Origin: Nitrospirota bacterium
GTDB taxonomy: Bacteria > Nitrospirota > UBA9217
Direction of reading: 5' to 3'
Length of the DNA: 54,185 bases
Assembly: GCA_029858565.1 (NCBI GenBank)
Contig: JAOUEV010000018.1
Coordinates: 1-54,185 of the forward strand
Shown: positions 1 to 9,774 of the stretch, piece after piece
Numbering within the stretch: the first letter of the stretch is position 1
How the letters are laid out: the number at the start of each line of letters is the position of its first letter
Made by a program: the position numbers and the translations under genes
The notes under the pieces: generated by a model
What the model saw: the letters and a program-made list of their open reading frames with translations, nothing else
What the model was told of the DNA's origin: nothing
Database searches by the model: none

Positions 1-103
1 AGCAGCAAGCAGTAAGTAATAAGCGATAAGCAAAAAGACGATCGCTGAAAGCTAAAGAACTCTCTCCTCGGGGAGAGGGGGCAGAAAACCGCTTCCTCTC
101 CCT
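1..103 (+). repeat. 103-bp direct repeat, identical to 36124-36226 (acs stop base, heptamer run and terminator hairpin)
   Basis: Direct comparison: agcagcaagc...gcttcctctccct is identical at both sites. The copies then diverge (gttcttt vs attttt). Confidence 0.95.
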
Positions 104-129
104 GTTCTTTCCAACAGCAAGGGGATCCA

Positions 130-555
130 ATGGTCGGTTCAAAATATTACGAAAAAAGATCTCGGGTTTATCTGTTTCTCGCGCTGTACGGTGTTCTTGC
201 GGGAGCGGGGATCGTCCATGCTGTTTACACTGCCAGGCAGGGGAAGCCGGTCGCGGGCGGATCAGGCTTCATGATCGTCTTTGGCGCGGGCATGGCGGTC
301 AGGACCTTCCTGAAAAGCAGAAAACCCCTGGCGGTCCTTCATGAGGAGAGGCTCGAGCTCAATCAGACGAATAAAGCCGAGTATATCCGCTACAAGGACA
401 TTGTCGGCACGGAACAGCCTGATGAAAAACAGCTGGTAGTAAAAGCGCGCGATGGCCATGCGACCAGGAAGAACATCATTTGGCTCAGCCACTTTGAAAA
501 GACCGATTCTGAGCGTCTTGCTAAATTCCTGACGAAAAAGGGATGGAAACGCTGA
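130..555 (+). CDS. hypothetical membrane protein (2 N-terminal TM helices plus a small soluble domain)
   Basis: 141-aa ORF, aagggg RBS, two hydrophobic segments. Confidence 0.75.
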   Translation: MVGSKYYEKRSRVYLFLALYGVLAGAGIVHAVYTARQGKPVAGGSGFMIVFGAGMAVRTFLKSRKPLAVLHEERLELNQTNKAEYIRYKDIVGTEQPDEKQLVVKARDGHATRKNIIWLSHFEKTDSERLAKFLTKKGWKR

Positions 556-583
556 GATCGGGTTTGCTGAACGCTGAAACATA

Positions 584-612
584 TTTACACCTGTGCTCTT
601 TTGTGCTAATGT
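584..612 (+). promoter_or_regulatory. putative sigma70 promoter
   Basis: TTTACA-N17-TAATGT with extended -10 TG at 604-605. Confidence 0.4.
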
Positions 613-688
613 ACTCTGTATATAAAACTGAATAAGCTCATAGCGGACGGACGCGCCCGGAGATGATGGATCCTAATGCTCCGGGAGA

Positions 689-736
689 GAGGGCTGGTAA
701 TGGTGCTTTGCACGGTTGCCGGCCTTTTGTGTTTTT
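689..736 (+). terminator. terminator-like hairpin within a 5' leader (possible attenuator)
   Basis: AGGGCTGGTAATGGTGC-TTT-GCACGGTTGCCGGCCTT followed by TTGTGTTTTT. Confidence 0.5.
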
Positions 737-798
737 GGACGCCGCATTCAGGGGAGGCGGGCAAGGTCCTCCCTACATCTCTTTCAGGGGGTGCTGTG

Positions 799-1224
799 AT
801 GGGATTTTTCAGCAAGCTGTTCGGGAAGGGTGAGGAACTGCCGCAGCTCGACGCTTCGAGCCCGGCAAAAAAAATGCTTGAGAAGCACAAGGGGGAACTG
901 GAGCCTTTTGTTACAAAGATGCATGACCGGCTCGAGTTCCTGCCGACCGATGGGGTGGTCTACTGCTTCATTGGCAAGCCGCCGGCGATGTTCGGCATGG
1001 CCTGGTTCAGCGAGGGAGTAGAGCACAATATGAAGACCATGGCAGCCGCCAAAGGGCTCTCGCCGAAAAAACTACAGCATCTATCCATGAAACTGGGCGA
1101 GGTATATCAGAAATTCATGGCTGATCCGAAATATATGACGGAGATCGCGGGCAAACAGGTGATCGTCACTCCTGCGGAGGCGTTCGTCAAGGAAGTAGCG
1201 GACGTGCTGCACCCGGTAGAATAG
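799..1224 (+). CDS. hypothetical soluble protein (MGFFSKLFG...)
   Basis: ATG at 799 after a G-rich RBS, in frame with ORF 676-1224. Typical codon usage. Confidence 0.8.
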   Translation: MGFFSKLFGKGEELPQLDASSPAKKMLEKHKGELEPFVTKMHDRLEFLPTDGVVYCFIGKPPAMFGMAWFSEGVEHNMKTMAAAKGLSPKKLQHLSMKLGEVYQKFMADPKYMTEIAGKQVIVTPAEAFVKEVADVLHPVE

Positions 1225-1242
1225 GAGCAAGGATAGCGGACG

Positions 1243-1273
1243 GAAAAGGCGGCCTCTGGCCGCCTTTCTTTTT
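1243..1273. terminator. bidirectional intrinsic terminator
   Basis: AAAGGCGGCC-TCT-GGCCGCCTTT with A-tract before and T-tract after, between convergent genes. Confidence 0.8.
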
Positions 1274-1284
1274 GGGCTGAGAAA

Positions 1285-1872
1285 CTATTCCGCGGCAGGT
1301 GTGAATCCAGCTGCTTTCCATATCTTTTTCATGCGGCCGAGGAGTTTCGACAGGTCATCGGCGTACCATACGATCCAGAAGGACCTCTCGTCGATTCGGC
1401 CGACATTCTCCGTCCCGAAGATCTGCTGTGCAACTGCTGCTCCAAACTCATCCTGGTGGCCGGAGATCTCGTCCCACTCATGTTTGTATACGCGGTACCG
1501 GGCTTCAAGCGCCTCGGTCCGTTTTTCCGCCGGATCGGGCGAACTGAATGAGCGGAAATAAATATCATGGACCGCAGAGAGCAGGACCTTCTTGCCGTTG
1601 AAGAGCTTCTTATCCATGAGCCAGAAGGTCATGGTCAGGATCTCGTGGAAAAAGGCCGCGCGGGAGACCCCCCGGAACGGTGATTCCGGTTTCCGGGTTT
1701 CCTCCTGAACAAAGATGCTTGCCTGCTCGACGCAGAGATCGTAGAGATATTTCGCGGTTTCCGCCCGCTGAAAGTCGCGGTCCCTTGCCAGAGCAAGAAG
1801 ACTCATGCATTTTGCGTGCTGCTCCCGCTCGGTCTTGCTGATCAGACGCCGGAGGACATCAATGAATGCCAT
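1285..1872 (-). CDS. hypothetical protein
   Basis: Part of ORF 1285-2064. Likely start MAFIDVLRR at 1872, since longer starts would overlap the mrp promoter. Confidence 0.7.
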   Translation of the reverse strand: MAFIDVLRRLISKTEREQHAKCMSLLALARDRDFQRAETAKYLYDLCVEQASIFVQEETRKPESPFRGVSRAAFFHEILTMTFWLMDKKLFNGKKVLLSAVHDIYFRSFSSPDPAEKRTEALEARYRVYKHEWDEISGHQDEFGAAVAQQIFGTENVGRIDERSFWIVWYADDLSKLLGRMKKIWKAAGFTPAAE

Positions 1873-1993
1873 GACTTGGAGAATTCCTTTCCCGTTGCAG
1901 GGTGAACGCATAGTACCACGACGGACAGCGTGATACAACACGGGGGATAACTTGTCGTAGCGGCTGTTACCCTCGTTTTTCGAAGCATTAGAG

Positions 1994-2022
1994 TTGACAT
2001 CGGTCCCCTGCGTTGCTACTAT
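1994..2022 (+). promoter_or_regulatory. sigma70 promoter of the mrp operon
   Basis: TTGACA-N17-TACTAT with extended -10 TG. Confidence 0.7.
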
Positions 2023-2072
2023 GGCTTCTAGCTGTGCAACGCGGGAACATGCCGGTCTACGCAAAGGATGAA

Positions 2073-2552
2073 ATGATACGAGTCCTTGTCACATCTTTGG
2101 CGCTGTTCCCCGTCTGGCTGGTCTGGTCGGGGATGTTTGACGCCTTTCACCTGACGCTAGGCGTCATTGCCTGCGCTGTCGTGGCATGGCTGTCGCGAGA
2201 CCTGCTGATCACACGCACGGATTTCAGCCGGCTGCCCAGGGAGATGGTGCGGTTTTTTCTCTACCTTCCCTGGCTGCTGTACCAGGTTGTTCTGGCGAAT
2301 GTTCATGTGGCCTCTCTTGCGCTTCATCCCCGCCTGCCCATCGATCCTCAGCTCGTGAAGTTCCGGAGCGGGTTGAAAACCGATCTCTCCAAGGTAGTCT
2401 TTGCGAACTCCATCACCCTCACGCCGGGCACGATCACGGCGGATATCGTTGATGGAGAATACACGGTCCATGCCTTGAGCAAAAAAGCCGCAGACGATCT
2501 CCTAACCGGCGATATGGAAAAGCGTGTGGCCCGGATCTTCGGGGAGGACTAG
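2073..2552 (+). CDS. mnhE: Mrp Na+/H+ antiporter subunit E
   Basis: ANSITLTPGT motif and 'VHAL'; first gene of the operon. Confidence 0.92.
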   Translation: MIRVLVTSLALFPVWLVWSGMFDAFHLTLGVIACAVVAWLSRDLLITRTDFSRLPREMVRFFLYLPWLLYQVVLANVHVASLALHPRLPIDPQLVKFRSGLKTDLSKVVFANSITLTPGTITADIVDGEYTVHALSKKAADDLLTGDMEKRVARIFGED

Positions 2553-2861
2553 ATGGAAATGCTCTTTCTCACCATAGCCCTGGTGCTTGGCTTCCTGACC
2601 CTGCTGACGCTCTACCGGGCGATCGCGGGACCGACGATCGTTGATCGGATTATCGGCACGGGTGTTATCGGAACGAAAACAACGGTCATCCTGCTCCTGA
2701 TAGGATTCCTGTACCGCCGGGTGGACATGTTCGTTGACATTGCCATTGCCTACGGACTTCTGAGCTTCATCGCCACCCTGGCCGCATCGAAGTTCTTTCT
2801 CCACCGAAAAACCATAGTGCCCGGCGCCCGCCGCGGAAACGTACCGGAGGAGGGAGCATGA
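2553..2861 (+). CDS. mnhF: Mrp antiporter subunit F
   Basis: RAIAGPTIVDR motif, 3 TM segments. Confidence 0.9.
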   Translation: MEMLFLTIALVLGFLTLLTLYRAIAGPTIVDRIIGTGVIGTKTTVILLLIGFLYRRVDMFVDIAIAYGLLSFIATLAASKFFLHRKTIVPGARRGNVPEEGA

Positions 2862-3184
2862 GCACTGTCGCGATATTCTTGATGATAGCAGGGGTGTTCT
2901 TTTTTACCACGGCGACCATCGGGCTTTTGCGGTTTCCCGATTGCTATACCCGGATGCATGCTGCGGGAAAAGGCGACACCTTGGGGGCGCTGCTGCTGCT
3001 CCTGGGCCTGGCCCTGTACAACCTGAACGACGGCTTCTCCCTTGCCGCGCTGCTCGTGAGCCTGAAAATTCTCAGCATCGCTGTCTTCATCTTTGTGGCC
3101 AATCCAACAGCAAGCCACGCGATCGCCAAAGCGGCCATCGATGCCGGGGTCCGGCCCTGGACGCGTAAGGGGGGCAAGCCATGA
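2858..3184 (+). CDS. mnhG: Mrp antiporter subunit G
   Basis: GLLRFPDCYTRMHAAGKGDTLG and NPTASHAIAKAA motifs. Confidence 0.92.
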   Translation: MSTVAIFLMIAGVFFFTTATIGLLRFPDCYTRMHAAGKGDTLGALLLLLGLALYNLNDGFSLAALLVSLKILSIAVFIFVANPTASHAIAKAAIDAGVRPWTRKGGKP

Positions 3185-3426
3185 TCTGGCAGCTCGACAT
3201 CGTGATCCTCGTTCTCGTGGTCATCTGCGCCATAGCCGCCATTTCGGTGAAGGACCTGCTGGGTTCCGCCGTGCTGTTGGGCGCCTACAGCTTCCTTATG
3301 TGTCTGCTCTGGACCGGGATGGGCGCTGTTGACGTCGCATTTACCGAGGCCGCCGTGGGCGCCGGCATCAGCACGGCGTTCTTCATTGCCGCGATCTATC
3401 AGACCACCCGGAGGACCAGGGATTGA
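3181..3426 (+). CDS. Mrp subunit, DUF4040/MbhD-like (stand-alone piece of the MrpA C-terminal region)
   Basis: AVDVAFTEAAVGAG motif. Confidence 0.85.
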   Translation: MIWQLDIVILVLVVICAIAAISVKDLLGSAVLLGAYSFLMCLLWTGMGAVDVAFTEAAVGAGISTAFFIAAIYQTTRRTRD

Positions 3427-3698
3427 AGCTCTTCGCGTTCCTTGCCGTGGTTCTGACCGGAGCGGCGCTGATCTACAGCACCTTTGACATGCCCGATTGG
3501 GGCGATACAACGTCGCCGGCAAACGCCCATGTTTCTCCGCGCTACATCGAACAGACGCTGAACGAAACAGCCACGCCCAATGCCGTAACGTCGGTGCTTG
3601 CCGACTACCGGGGATTCGATACCCTGGGGGAGACCACCGTCATTTTCACCGCGGCCATCGTCTGCATCATGCTCCTGAGGACACGAACCGATGATTAA
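3423..3698 (+). CDS. Mrp subunit, MbhE-like (stand-alone piece of the MrpA C-terminal region)
   Basis: PNAVTSVLADYRGFDTLGETTVIF motif. Confidence 0.85.
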   Translation: MKLFAFLAVVLTGAALIYSTFDMPDWGDTTSPANAHVSPRYIEQTLNETATPNAVTSVLADYRGFDTLGETTVIFTAAIVCIMLLRTRTDD

Positions 3699-4149
3699 GC
3701 GGAACGAGGATATCATCATCCAGACGGTGACGAGGCTGCTGACTCCCTTTGTTCAGCTTTTTGCCCTTTACGTGATCGCCCACGGCCACTACAGTCCGGG
3801 CGGTGGATTCCAGGGGGGATGCATCCTTGCCGCGAGTTTCATCCTGATGGCAGTTGCCAATGACGTTGCGTTCGTCAAGCGCCGGCTGCCGGAGCGGCTG
3901 ACGACCGCCCTGATCAGCGCCGGCGTGCTGATCTATGCCGGGATCGGGCTTGCCTGCCTGATGCTGGGCGCAAACTTCCTGGATTACGGGATTCTGCACC
4001 GCGTCCTTCCGGTCGATGCAGTCAAGGCGCGGGCGCTTGCCACTCTCGGCGTGGAAATCGGTGTGGGCATCACGGTCATGGCGGTCATGGTCTCGATATT
4101 CCTGAATCTCCTGTCCGCGGGACGGCACGAGGAAGGGGCCGTCGAATGA
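3691..4149 (+). CDS. mnhB: Mrp antiporter subunit B
   Basis: HGHYSPGGGFQGG motif. Confidence 0.9.
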   Translation: MIKRNEDIIIQTVTRLLTPFVQLFALYVIAHGHYSPGGGFQGGCILAASFILMAVANDVAFVKRRLPERLTTALISAGVLIYAGIGLACLMLGANFLDYGILHRVLPVDAVKARALATLGVEIGVGITVMAVMVSIFLNLLSAGRHEEGAVE

Positions 4150-4529
4150 CGAATATGGAGTTTATCATCGGCAAGTACAATTACTGGATCTACATCGTTC
4201 TGATGATGATCGGTTTCTACGCCATGATCGCCAAGCGGAACCTGGTCAAGAAGATCGTGGGCATGAACATCTTTCAGACCGCGATCATCCTGTTCTTCGT
4301 CTCCATCGGATCGAAAAAAGGCGGCGCCACCATTCCGATCATCCGGGCCGGGGACGAGGCCGTGAACGCGGCGCAGTATATCAATCCGCTGCCTCATGTG
4401 CTCATGCTCACCGCCATCGTGGTCATGGTCAGCACCTTCGGGGTCGCCATGGCGCTGATCCTCATGATCTACCGGAAATACCGCACGCTGGAAGAGGACG
4501 AGATCCTGAAGCCCGGAGCCGAGACATGA
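4146..4529 (+). CDS. mnhC: Mrp antiporter subunit C
   Basis: NLVKKIVG and NPLPHVLMLTAIVV motifs. Confidence 0.92.
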   Translation: MTNMEFIIGKYNYWIYIVLMMIGFYAMIAKRNLVKKIVGMNIFQTAIILFFVSIGSKKGGATIPIIRAGDEAVNAAQYINPLPHVLMLTAIVVMVSTFGVAMALILMIYRKYRTLEEDEILKPGAET

Positions 4530-6013
4530 CGGAACACGCTCCGGTCCTGATCATCGTCATCCCGCTGATGGCGGCCTGTCTCAACATCCTCCTCGGTCTC
4601 TGGAAAAAAGAGTTGAGTTATCCCTGGGCAGTGCTGGTGACGGCGGTCGTTTTCGGTTTGTCGCTCCTGCTGATGCAGACCGTTCTGTCCGGCGGCACTG
4701 TTCACTACCGCCTGGGCGGATGGGCCCCTCCCTGGGGCATCGAGTATGTGATCGACCATCTGAACGCCTTTCTTGCGGTTATCGTGTCGTTCATCGGATG
4801 CATTGTCGCGGTCTACTCCAGGCGCAGCATCGAAAAGGAACTGCCGGGCAAGCAGGTCTATTTCTACTCCATCTACCTTCTCCTGATCACGGGATTGCTC
4901 GGCATTACCGTTACCGGAGACGTCTTCAATATCTATGTCTTTCTCGAAATATCCTCGCTGGCAGGCTACGCCCTGATCGCCGTGGGCGACGACCGCGCGC
5001 CCATGGCCAGCTTCAATTACGTGATCATGGGAACGATCGGCGCCTGCTTCTACCTTCTCGGCGTGGGATATCTCTATATGGTTACCGGCACCCTGAACAT
5101 GGGTGATCTTTCCCGCATTTTGCCCGGGCTCTCCCATTCCCGGGTGGTGTACACGGCCTTTGCTTTCTTCATGGTCGGCACGGCGATCAAGATGGCCTTT
5201 TTCCCGCTCCACATCTGGCTGCCTGCCGCCTATACCCATGCTCCGTCCGCGGTGAGCGCCATTGCCGCGTCCACCATGACCAAGGTGGGCGCCTACGTGA
5301 TGATCCGGATCATGTACACCGTATTCAAACCCGCATTTTCCCTGGAAGTCATACCGATGTCCGCGATCCTCGGCTGGGCGTCCGCCGCCGCGATGATTGC
5401 CGGCTCGGTCCTGGCGCTTGGTCAGAAGGACCTCAAGCGCATGTTCTCGTTCATGCTCGTTGCAGAGGTCGGGTACATTGTCATGGGCGTGAGCCGGGGA
5501 AACAGCACTGCATTTACCGGAGCAGTGCTCCATATTCTCAACGATGCCTTCATGATGGCCTGCCTGTTCCTGGTTGCCGGCGCTGTCCGGTACCGGAAGA
5601 ACGCGCGGAATATCACGGACCTCGCAGGACTGCACCAAGAAATGCCCTTGACCATGCTGGCGCTCTTCGCAGCCGCCTTGTCCATGGTGGGAGTGCCTCC
5701 CACAGCGGGTTTTTTCAGCAAATGGTACCTGATCCTCGGAACGATCAAGGCAGGGGAGTGGATCTTTGCAGCCGCGTTCCTGCTGAGCAGCCTGCTGAAT
5801 GCGGTCATGTTCTATCGCGTGCTGGAAACGGTGTACTACACAGGTGAGCCGACGCCAAAGCGCCAGGGGGGAAGCTCTGCCGCTGTGAACGAAGTTCCTC
5901 TGACCATGCTGGGACCCATTCTGGTCATGGCTGTTGGTGTTCTGGTCCTGGGCTTGTTCAGCGGCCGGATCATAGACACGGTGATCCGCTTCACCGTGCC
6001 CGAGGGATTTTAG
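4526..6013 (+). CDS. mnhD: Mrp antiporter subunit D (copy 1)
   Basis: GGWAPPWGIE, DVFNIYVFLE, KMAFFPLHIWLP and GVPPTAGFFSKW motifs. Confidence 0.9.
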   Translation: MTEHAPVLIIVIPLMAACLNILLGLWKKELSYPWAVLVTAVVFGLSLLLMQTVLSGGTVHYRLGGWAPPWGIEYVIDHLNAFLAVIVSFIGCIVAVYSRRSIEKELPGKQVYFYSIYLLLITGLLGITVTGDVFNIYVFLEISSLAGYALIAVGDDRAPMASFNYVIMGTIGACFYLLGVGYLYMVTGTLNMGDLSRILPGLSHSRVVYTAFAFFMVGTAIKMAFFPLHIWLPAAYTHAPSAVSAIAASTMTKVGAYVMIRIMYTVFKPAFSLEVIPMSAILGWASAAAMIAGSVLALGQKDLKRMFSFMLVAEVGYIVMGVSRGNSTAFTGAVLHILNDAFMMACLFLVAGAVRYRKNARNITDLAGLHQEMPLTMLALFAAALSMVGVPPTAGFFSKWYLILGTIKAGEWIFAAAFLLSSLLNAVMFYRVLETVYYTGEPTPKRQGGSSAAVNEVPLTMLGPILVMAVGVLVLGLFSGRIIDTVIRFTVPEGF

Positions 6014-6015
6014 AC

Positions 6016-7512
6016 ATGGACACCGTGCATTCAATACAGCCTGTCCTTGTTCTGGCCACCTCTTTGGCTGCAGCAATCCTGATCATGGTCACCGGGGACC
6101 GGAACAGGAACCTGCGGGAAGCATGGACCCTTGTTGCTGCTCTTCTGAAATTCCTGATCGTGCTTTCCATGGTGCCCGCGGTCCTTGACAGAACCATTCT
6201 CGAATGCACGCTTGTTTCCATTGCTCCGGGCCTTACGCTCCAGTTCCGCGTTGATTCCCTGGGATTGTTTTTTGCCCTTGCTGCCTCATTTTTGTGGCTC
6301 GTCACCTCGTTCTATTCCATCGGCTATGTGCGGTCTCAGCAGGAACATGCCCAGACACGGTATTTCGCCTGTTTTGCAGGCGCCATGTCCGCGACCATGG
6401 GGGTTGCCTTTGCAGGCAACCTGTTCACCACCTTTTTGTTTTATGAAATCATCACTATCTGCACATTCCCGCTCGTCGCGCATAAGGAAACAGCAGATGC
6501 GATGGCCGGCGGCCGCAGATACCTTACCTATCTGCTCGGAACATCTGTTGCTTTCCAGCTCACGGCGATCGTGCTCACTTACAGCTTTGCGGGCACCCTT
6601 GAGTATGCTGATGCAGGAATTCTGGCAGGACGGGCGCCGGACAGTGTCCTCATGGTGATCTTCGTGCTCTTTATCGCGGGAATATCCAAAGCAGCGATGA
6701 TGCCGTTCCATTCCTGGCTTCCGGCCGCCATGGTTGCTCCCACGCCGGTCAGCGCGCTGCTCCATGCTGTTGCGGTCGTAAAAACAGGCGTCTTTGTCGT
6801 CCTCCGGGTGGTGCTCCATGTCTTTGGCGTTGATCTTCTCGGCGACCTCGGTCTGGGCACGGCCCTTGTCTATTTCGCATCGTTCACCATCATCACCGCA
6901 TCGGTCATTGCGCTGCGGCAGGACAACCTCAAGCGTCGGCTTGCCTATTCCACGGTGAGCCAGTTGTCCTACGTCATTCTTGGCGCAGCACTCCTGACGC
7001 CCTCGTCGATCACCGGCGGCATCATGCATATCGCCCTGCATGCCTTTGGCAAGATCACGCTCTTTTTTGCAGCGGGCGCGATCTATGTGGCTGCGCACAA
7101 AACCGAGATCAGCCAGCTCAACGGCATCGGAAAACAGATGCCCTTTACCATGGCCGCATTCACCCTCGGGTCGCTTTCCATGATCGGAATGCCGCCCCTG
7201 GGCGGTTTCCTGAGTAAATGGTGGATCGCCCTGGGCGCCATTGAAGCAAAGGAACTGTTGATCCTGATCGTCATTGCCACAAGCACCATCCTGAATGCCG
7301 CGTATTTTCTCCCGATCCTGTACGCGGTGTTTTTCAAGGAACCGCGGCTCGGGCAGCATGGATCAGCGGGAGAAGGGATTCACGAAGCCCCGCTGCTCAT
7401 GGTCGTGCCGTTGATGCTGACCGCACTGGGAGCCCTGGCGCTGTTCTTTGCGCCGTCGGTCTTCCTCGACCTTGCGCGAGGTGCCGTTTCCGCAGTAATG
7501 GGGGGGCAGTGA
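6016..7512 (+). CDS. mnhD: Mrp antiporter subunit D family (copy 2)
   Basis: KAAMMPFHSWLPAAMVAPTPVSALLHAVAVVK and LAYSTVSQLSY motifs. Confidence 0.88.
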   Translation: MDTVHSIQPVLVLATSLAAAILIMVTGDRNRNLREAWTLVAALLKFLIVLSMVPAVLDRTILECTLVSIAPGLTLQFRVDSLGLFFALAASFLWLVTSFYSIGYVRSQQEHAQTRYFACFAGAMSATMGVAFAGNLFTTFLFYEIITICTFPLVAHKETADAMAGGRRYLTYLLGTSVAFQLTAIVLTYSFAGTLEYADAGILAGRAPDSVLMVIFVLFIAGISKAAMMPFHSWLPAAMVAPTPVSALLHAVAVVKTGVFVVLRVVLHVFGVDLLGDLGLGTALVYFASFTIITASVIALRQDNLKRRLAYSTVSQLSYVILGAALLTPSSITGGIMHIALHAFGKITLFFAAGAIYVAAHKTEISQLNGIGKQMPFTMAAFTLGSLSMIGMPPLGGFLSKWWIALGAIEAKELLILIVIATSTILNAAYFLPILYAVFFKEPRLGQHGSAGEGIHEAPLLMVVPLMLTALGALALFFAPSVFLDLARGAVSAVMGGQ

Positions 7513-7513
7513 T

Positions 7514-7642
7514 ATGAATGAGGAACAGGAGAAACAGGAACTGAAGCACGAGCCAATGCCGGGATACCGGGCGGCTTTTACCGTTTTCTTCGCACTTGCT
7601 CTGTTCTACCTGTTGTTCATTGCTGTGAAAGCATTCTTGTAG
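7514..7642 (+). CDS. 42-aa single-TM protein within the mrp operon (below the ORF-track cutoff)
   Basis: MNEEQEKQELKHEPMPGYRAAFTVFFALALFYLLFIAVKAFL*. Starts 1 nt after the mnhD2 stop and fills the gap to the next gene. Confidence 0.65.
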   Translation: MNEEQEKQELKHEPMPGYRAAFTVFFALALFYLLFIAVKAFL

Positions 7643-7655
7643 CGAGGGGATCCAG

Positions 7656-7898
7656 ATGGAGAAAAAGCACATCTTCGACAAGCCGGAAAATGTCAAGCGA
7701 TTCCTGCTCGGCTTTTACCTGCTGCTCGGCATATCGCTTGCCGCCGAACTATTCGTCCATAAACACGCATATTTCTGGTGGGAACACTATCCGTTTTTTC
7801 ATGCCGCCTTCGGCCTGGTTGCATTCGTGGCGCTCATTCTCGCTGCCAAGCATTTTCTCGGTCCCCTGGTGAGGAAACGGGAGAATTATTATGATTAA
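7656..7898 (+). CDS. small membrane protein associated with multi-MrpD operons
   Basis: 80 aa, 2 TM, FDKPENVK...RKRENYYD, gagggg RBS, overlaps the next start. Confidence 0.8.
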   Translation: MEKKHIFDKPENVKRFLLGFYLLLGISLAAELFVHKHAYFWWEHYPFFHAAFGLVAFVALILAAKHFLGPLVRKRENYYD

Positions 7899-9678
7899 TG
7901 CCTTTTCTCCCGCGCTCCTGTTCCTCCTGGGCGCGCTCTTCATCCCTTTGTTCAAGGGCAGGCTCAGGAATGCCTACCTGCTGCTCCTGCCGCTTGCGGG
8001 CTTCGCCTTGTTGCTCAGCATGCAGGAGGGAGCACAAGGGGTGCTGTCATTCCTTGAGTATCAGCTCGTGCTTGTCAAGGTCGACCGTTTGAGCAGGTTC
8101 TTCGGCTACATCTATCTCCTGATAACTGCTATCGCGCTTGTCTACGCATTTCATGTCAAAGAGAGCAGCCACCACATGGCTTCGCTTTTTTACGCCGGTT
8201 CCGCGCTCGGCGTCGTCTTTGCAGGCGATTTTTTGACGTTGTTCATTTTCTGGGAAACCATGGCCCTGAGCGCAGCCTTCCTGGTCTGGTCGGGAAAGAC
8301 CAAAAACTCAGCTGCTGCGGGCATCAGGTATCTCCTGGTCCATATTCTCGGAGGACTGTTCCTGCTCATGGGGATCATCCTCCATGTGCACGAGACCGGC
8401 TCCCTGGCATTCGGGTACCTGGGACTGAACGGGCTTTCTTCATGGCTGATACTGATCGGCTTCGGCGTTAACTGCGCGTTCCCGGGGCTCCATGCCTGGC
8501 TTCCGGATGCCTATCCGGAAACCTCTCCGGCCGGCGGCGTGTTCATGTGGACCTTTACCACGAAAACAGCGGTGTATGTCCTGGCGCGGGCCTTTCCCGG
8601 CGAGCACCTTCTTGTCTGGATCGGCGTGACCATGACCGTGTTTCCCATCTTCTTCGCGGTTCTGGAAAACAACCTAAGGCGGGTGCTCTCCTACAGCCTG
8701 ATCAATCAGCTCGGCTACATGGTGACGGGCATCGGCATCGGTACGCAGCTTTCGCTGAACGGCACCGTGGCCCATGTCTTCTGCCACATTCTCTACAAGG
8801 CGCTGCTCGTCATGTCCATGGGAGCGGTGATCTACCGCACCGGGAAGACGAACGCCACCGATCTCGGCGGGCTGTATAAAAGCATGCCGCTCACAACGCT
8901 GTTCTGCATCATCGGCGCAGCCTCGATATCGGCGTTTCCGCTCTTCAGCGGCTTCGTAAGTAAATCCATGGTCGTGGAAGCCGCTGCCCTGGGAGGAATG
9001 ACCATCGTGTCCCTCATGCTGCTCTTCGCATCGGTCGGCGTGCTGGAGCATGCGGGCATCAAGGTGCCTTTTCACGCCTTCTTTTCCCATGACGCGGGAA
9101 TCCGTACCAAAGAGGCGCCGCTCCATATGCTCGTTGCCATGGGCGCTGCCGCGGTTCTGTCCGTGCTCATCGGGGTGTATCCGGCGCCGCTCTACCGGCT
9201 GCTTCCTTATCCCGTGGAGTTCGCTCCCTATACGCCTTCCCATGTCCTGACCACGATGCAACTGCTCCTGTTCGGGGCTTTTGCCTATGTCCTGCTCATT
9301 CGTTCCGGCATCTTCCCGGCAGAAGTGCGCGCGACCAACCTGGACACGGACTGGTTCTATAGAAAAGGAACAGCCGTCTTTCTCCAGGTATTGAACGGAC
9401 CTGCCGCGCAAATGGGCGAAAAGATAAGGCGGACGGTTTTTGAGCGTATTCCGTCGGCTCTCTCCTGGTTCGGGAAGAATCCCCTTGCAGTGCTCAAAAT
9501 GGCGTCGGATAGGGCGCTCCTCGCATTCTCCGGTCCTGAGCAGAGGAATATCCTCATTGCGAGGCTGGAGAAGGAGAAAAATATCTATCCTGGTGATATC
9601 ATTAAGCATTGGCCGGTGGGCACCTCGGTGCTCTGGGCGACCCTGCTCTTGCTTGCCTATCTTCTGCTGCAGTATTGA
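7891..9678 (+). CDS. Mrp subunit D/A-like (NuoL-type, copy 3)
   Basis: LHAWLPDAYPE, FTTKTAVY, SYSLINQLGYMV and AFPLFSGFVSK motifs. Confidence 0.88.
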   Translation: MINAFSPALLFLLGALFIPLFKGRLRNAYLLLLPLAGFALLLSMQEGAQGVLSFLEYQLVLVKVDRLSRFFGYIYLLITAIALVYAFHVKESSHHMASLFYAGSALGVVFAGDFLTLFIFWETMALSAAFLVWSGKTKNSAAAGIRYLLVHILGGLFLLMGIILHVHETGSLAFGYLGLNGLSSWLILIGFGVNCAFPGLHAWLPDAYPETSPAGGVFMWTFTTKTAVYVLARAFPGEHLLVWIGVTMTVFPIFFAVLENNLRRVLSYSLINQLGYMVTGIGIGTQLSLNGTVAHVFCHILYKALLVMSMGAVIYRTGKTNATDLGGLYKSMPLTTLFCIIGAASISAFPLFSGFVSKSMVVEAAALGGMTIVSLMLLFASVGVLEHAGIKVPFHAFFSHDAGIRTKEAPLHMLVAMGAAAVLSVLIGVYPAPLYRLLPYPVEFAPYTPSHVLTTMQLLLFGAFAYVLLIRSGIFPAEVRATNLDTDWFYRKGTAVFLQVLNGPAAQMGEKIRRTVFERIPSALSWFGKNPLAVLKMASDRALLAFSGPEQRNILIARLEKEKNIYPGDIIKHWPVGTSVLWATLLLLAYLLLQY

Positions 9679-9774
9679 CCGCCGGGCTGACGATGACCGG
9701 GGATTGCGGTTGAGCAGCCGCAGACGCAGGATTTTACCGGGAAACTGCCGGCAGAAACGAACAGGAGTACTCGT

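Noticed and set aside
655-690. Fluoride riboswitch (GGAGATG...TAATG resemblance)
   Set aside because: It lacks the pseudoknot pairing and the spacing of the crcB motif. Kept only as an unidentified leader.
676-798. N-terminal extension of the 799-1224 protein as a signal peptide
   Set aside because: It overlaps a terminator-like hairpin, and the RBS and ATG at 799 give a more natural start.
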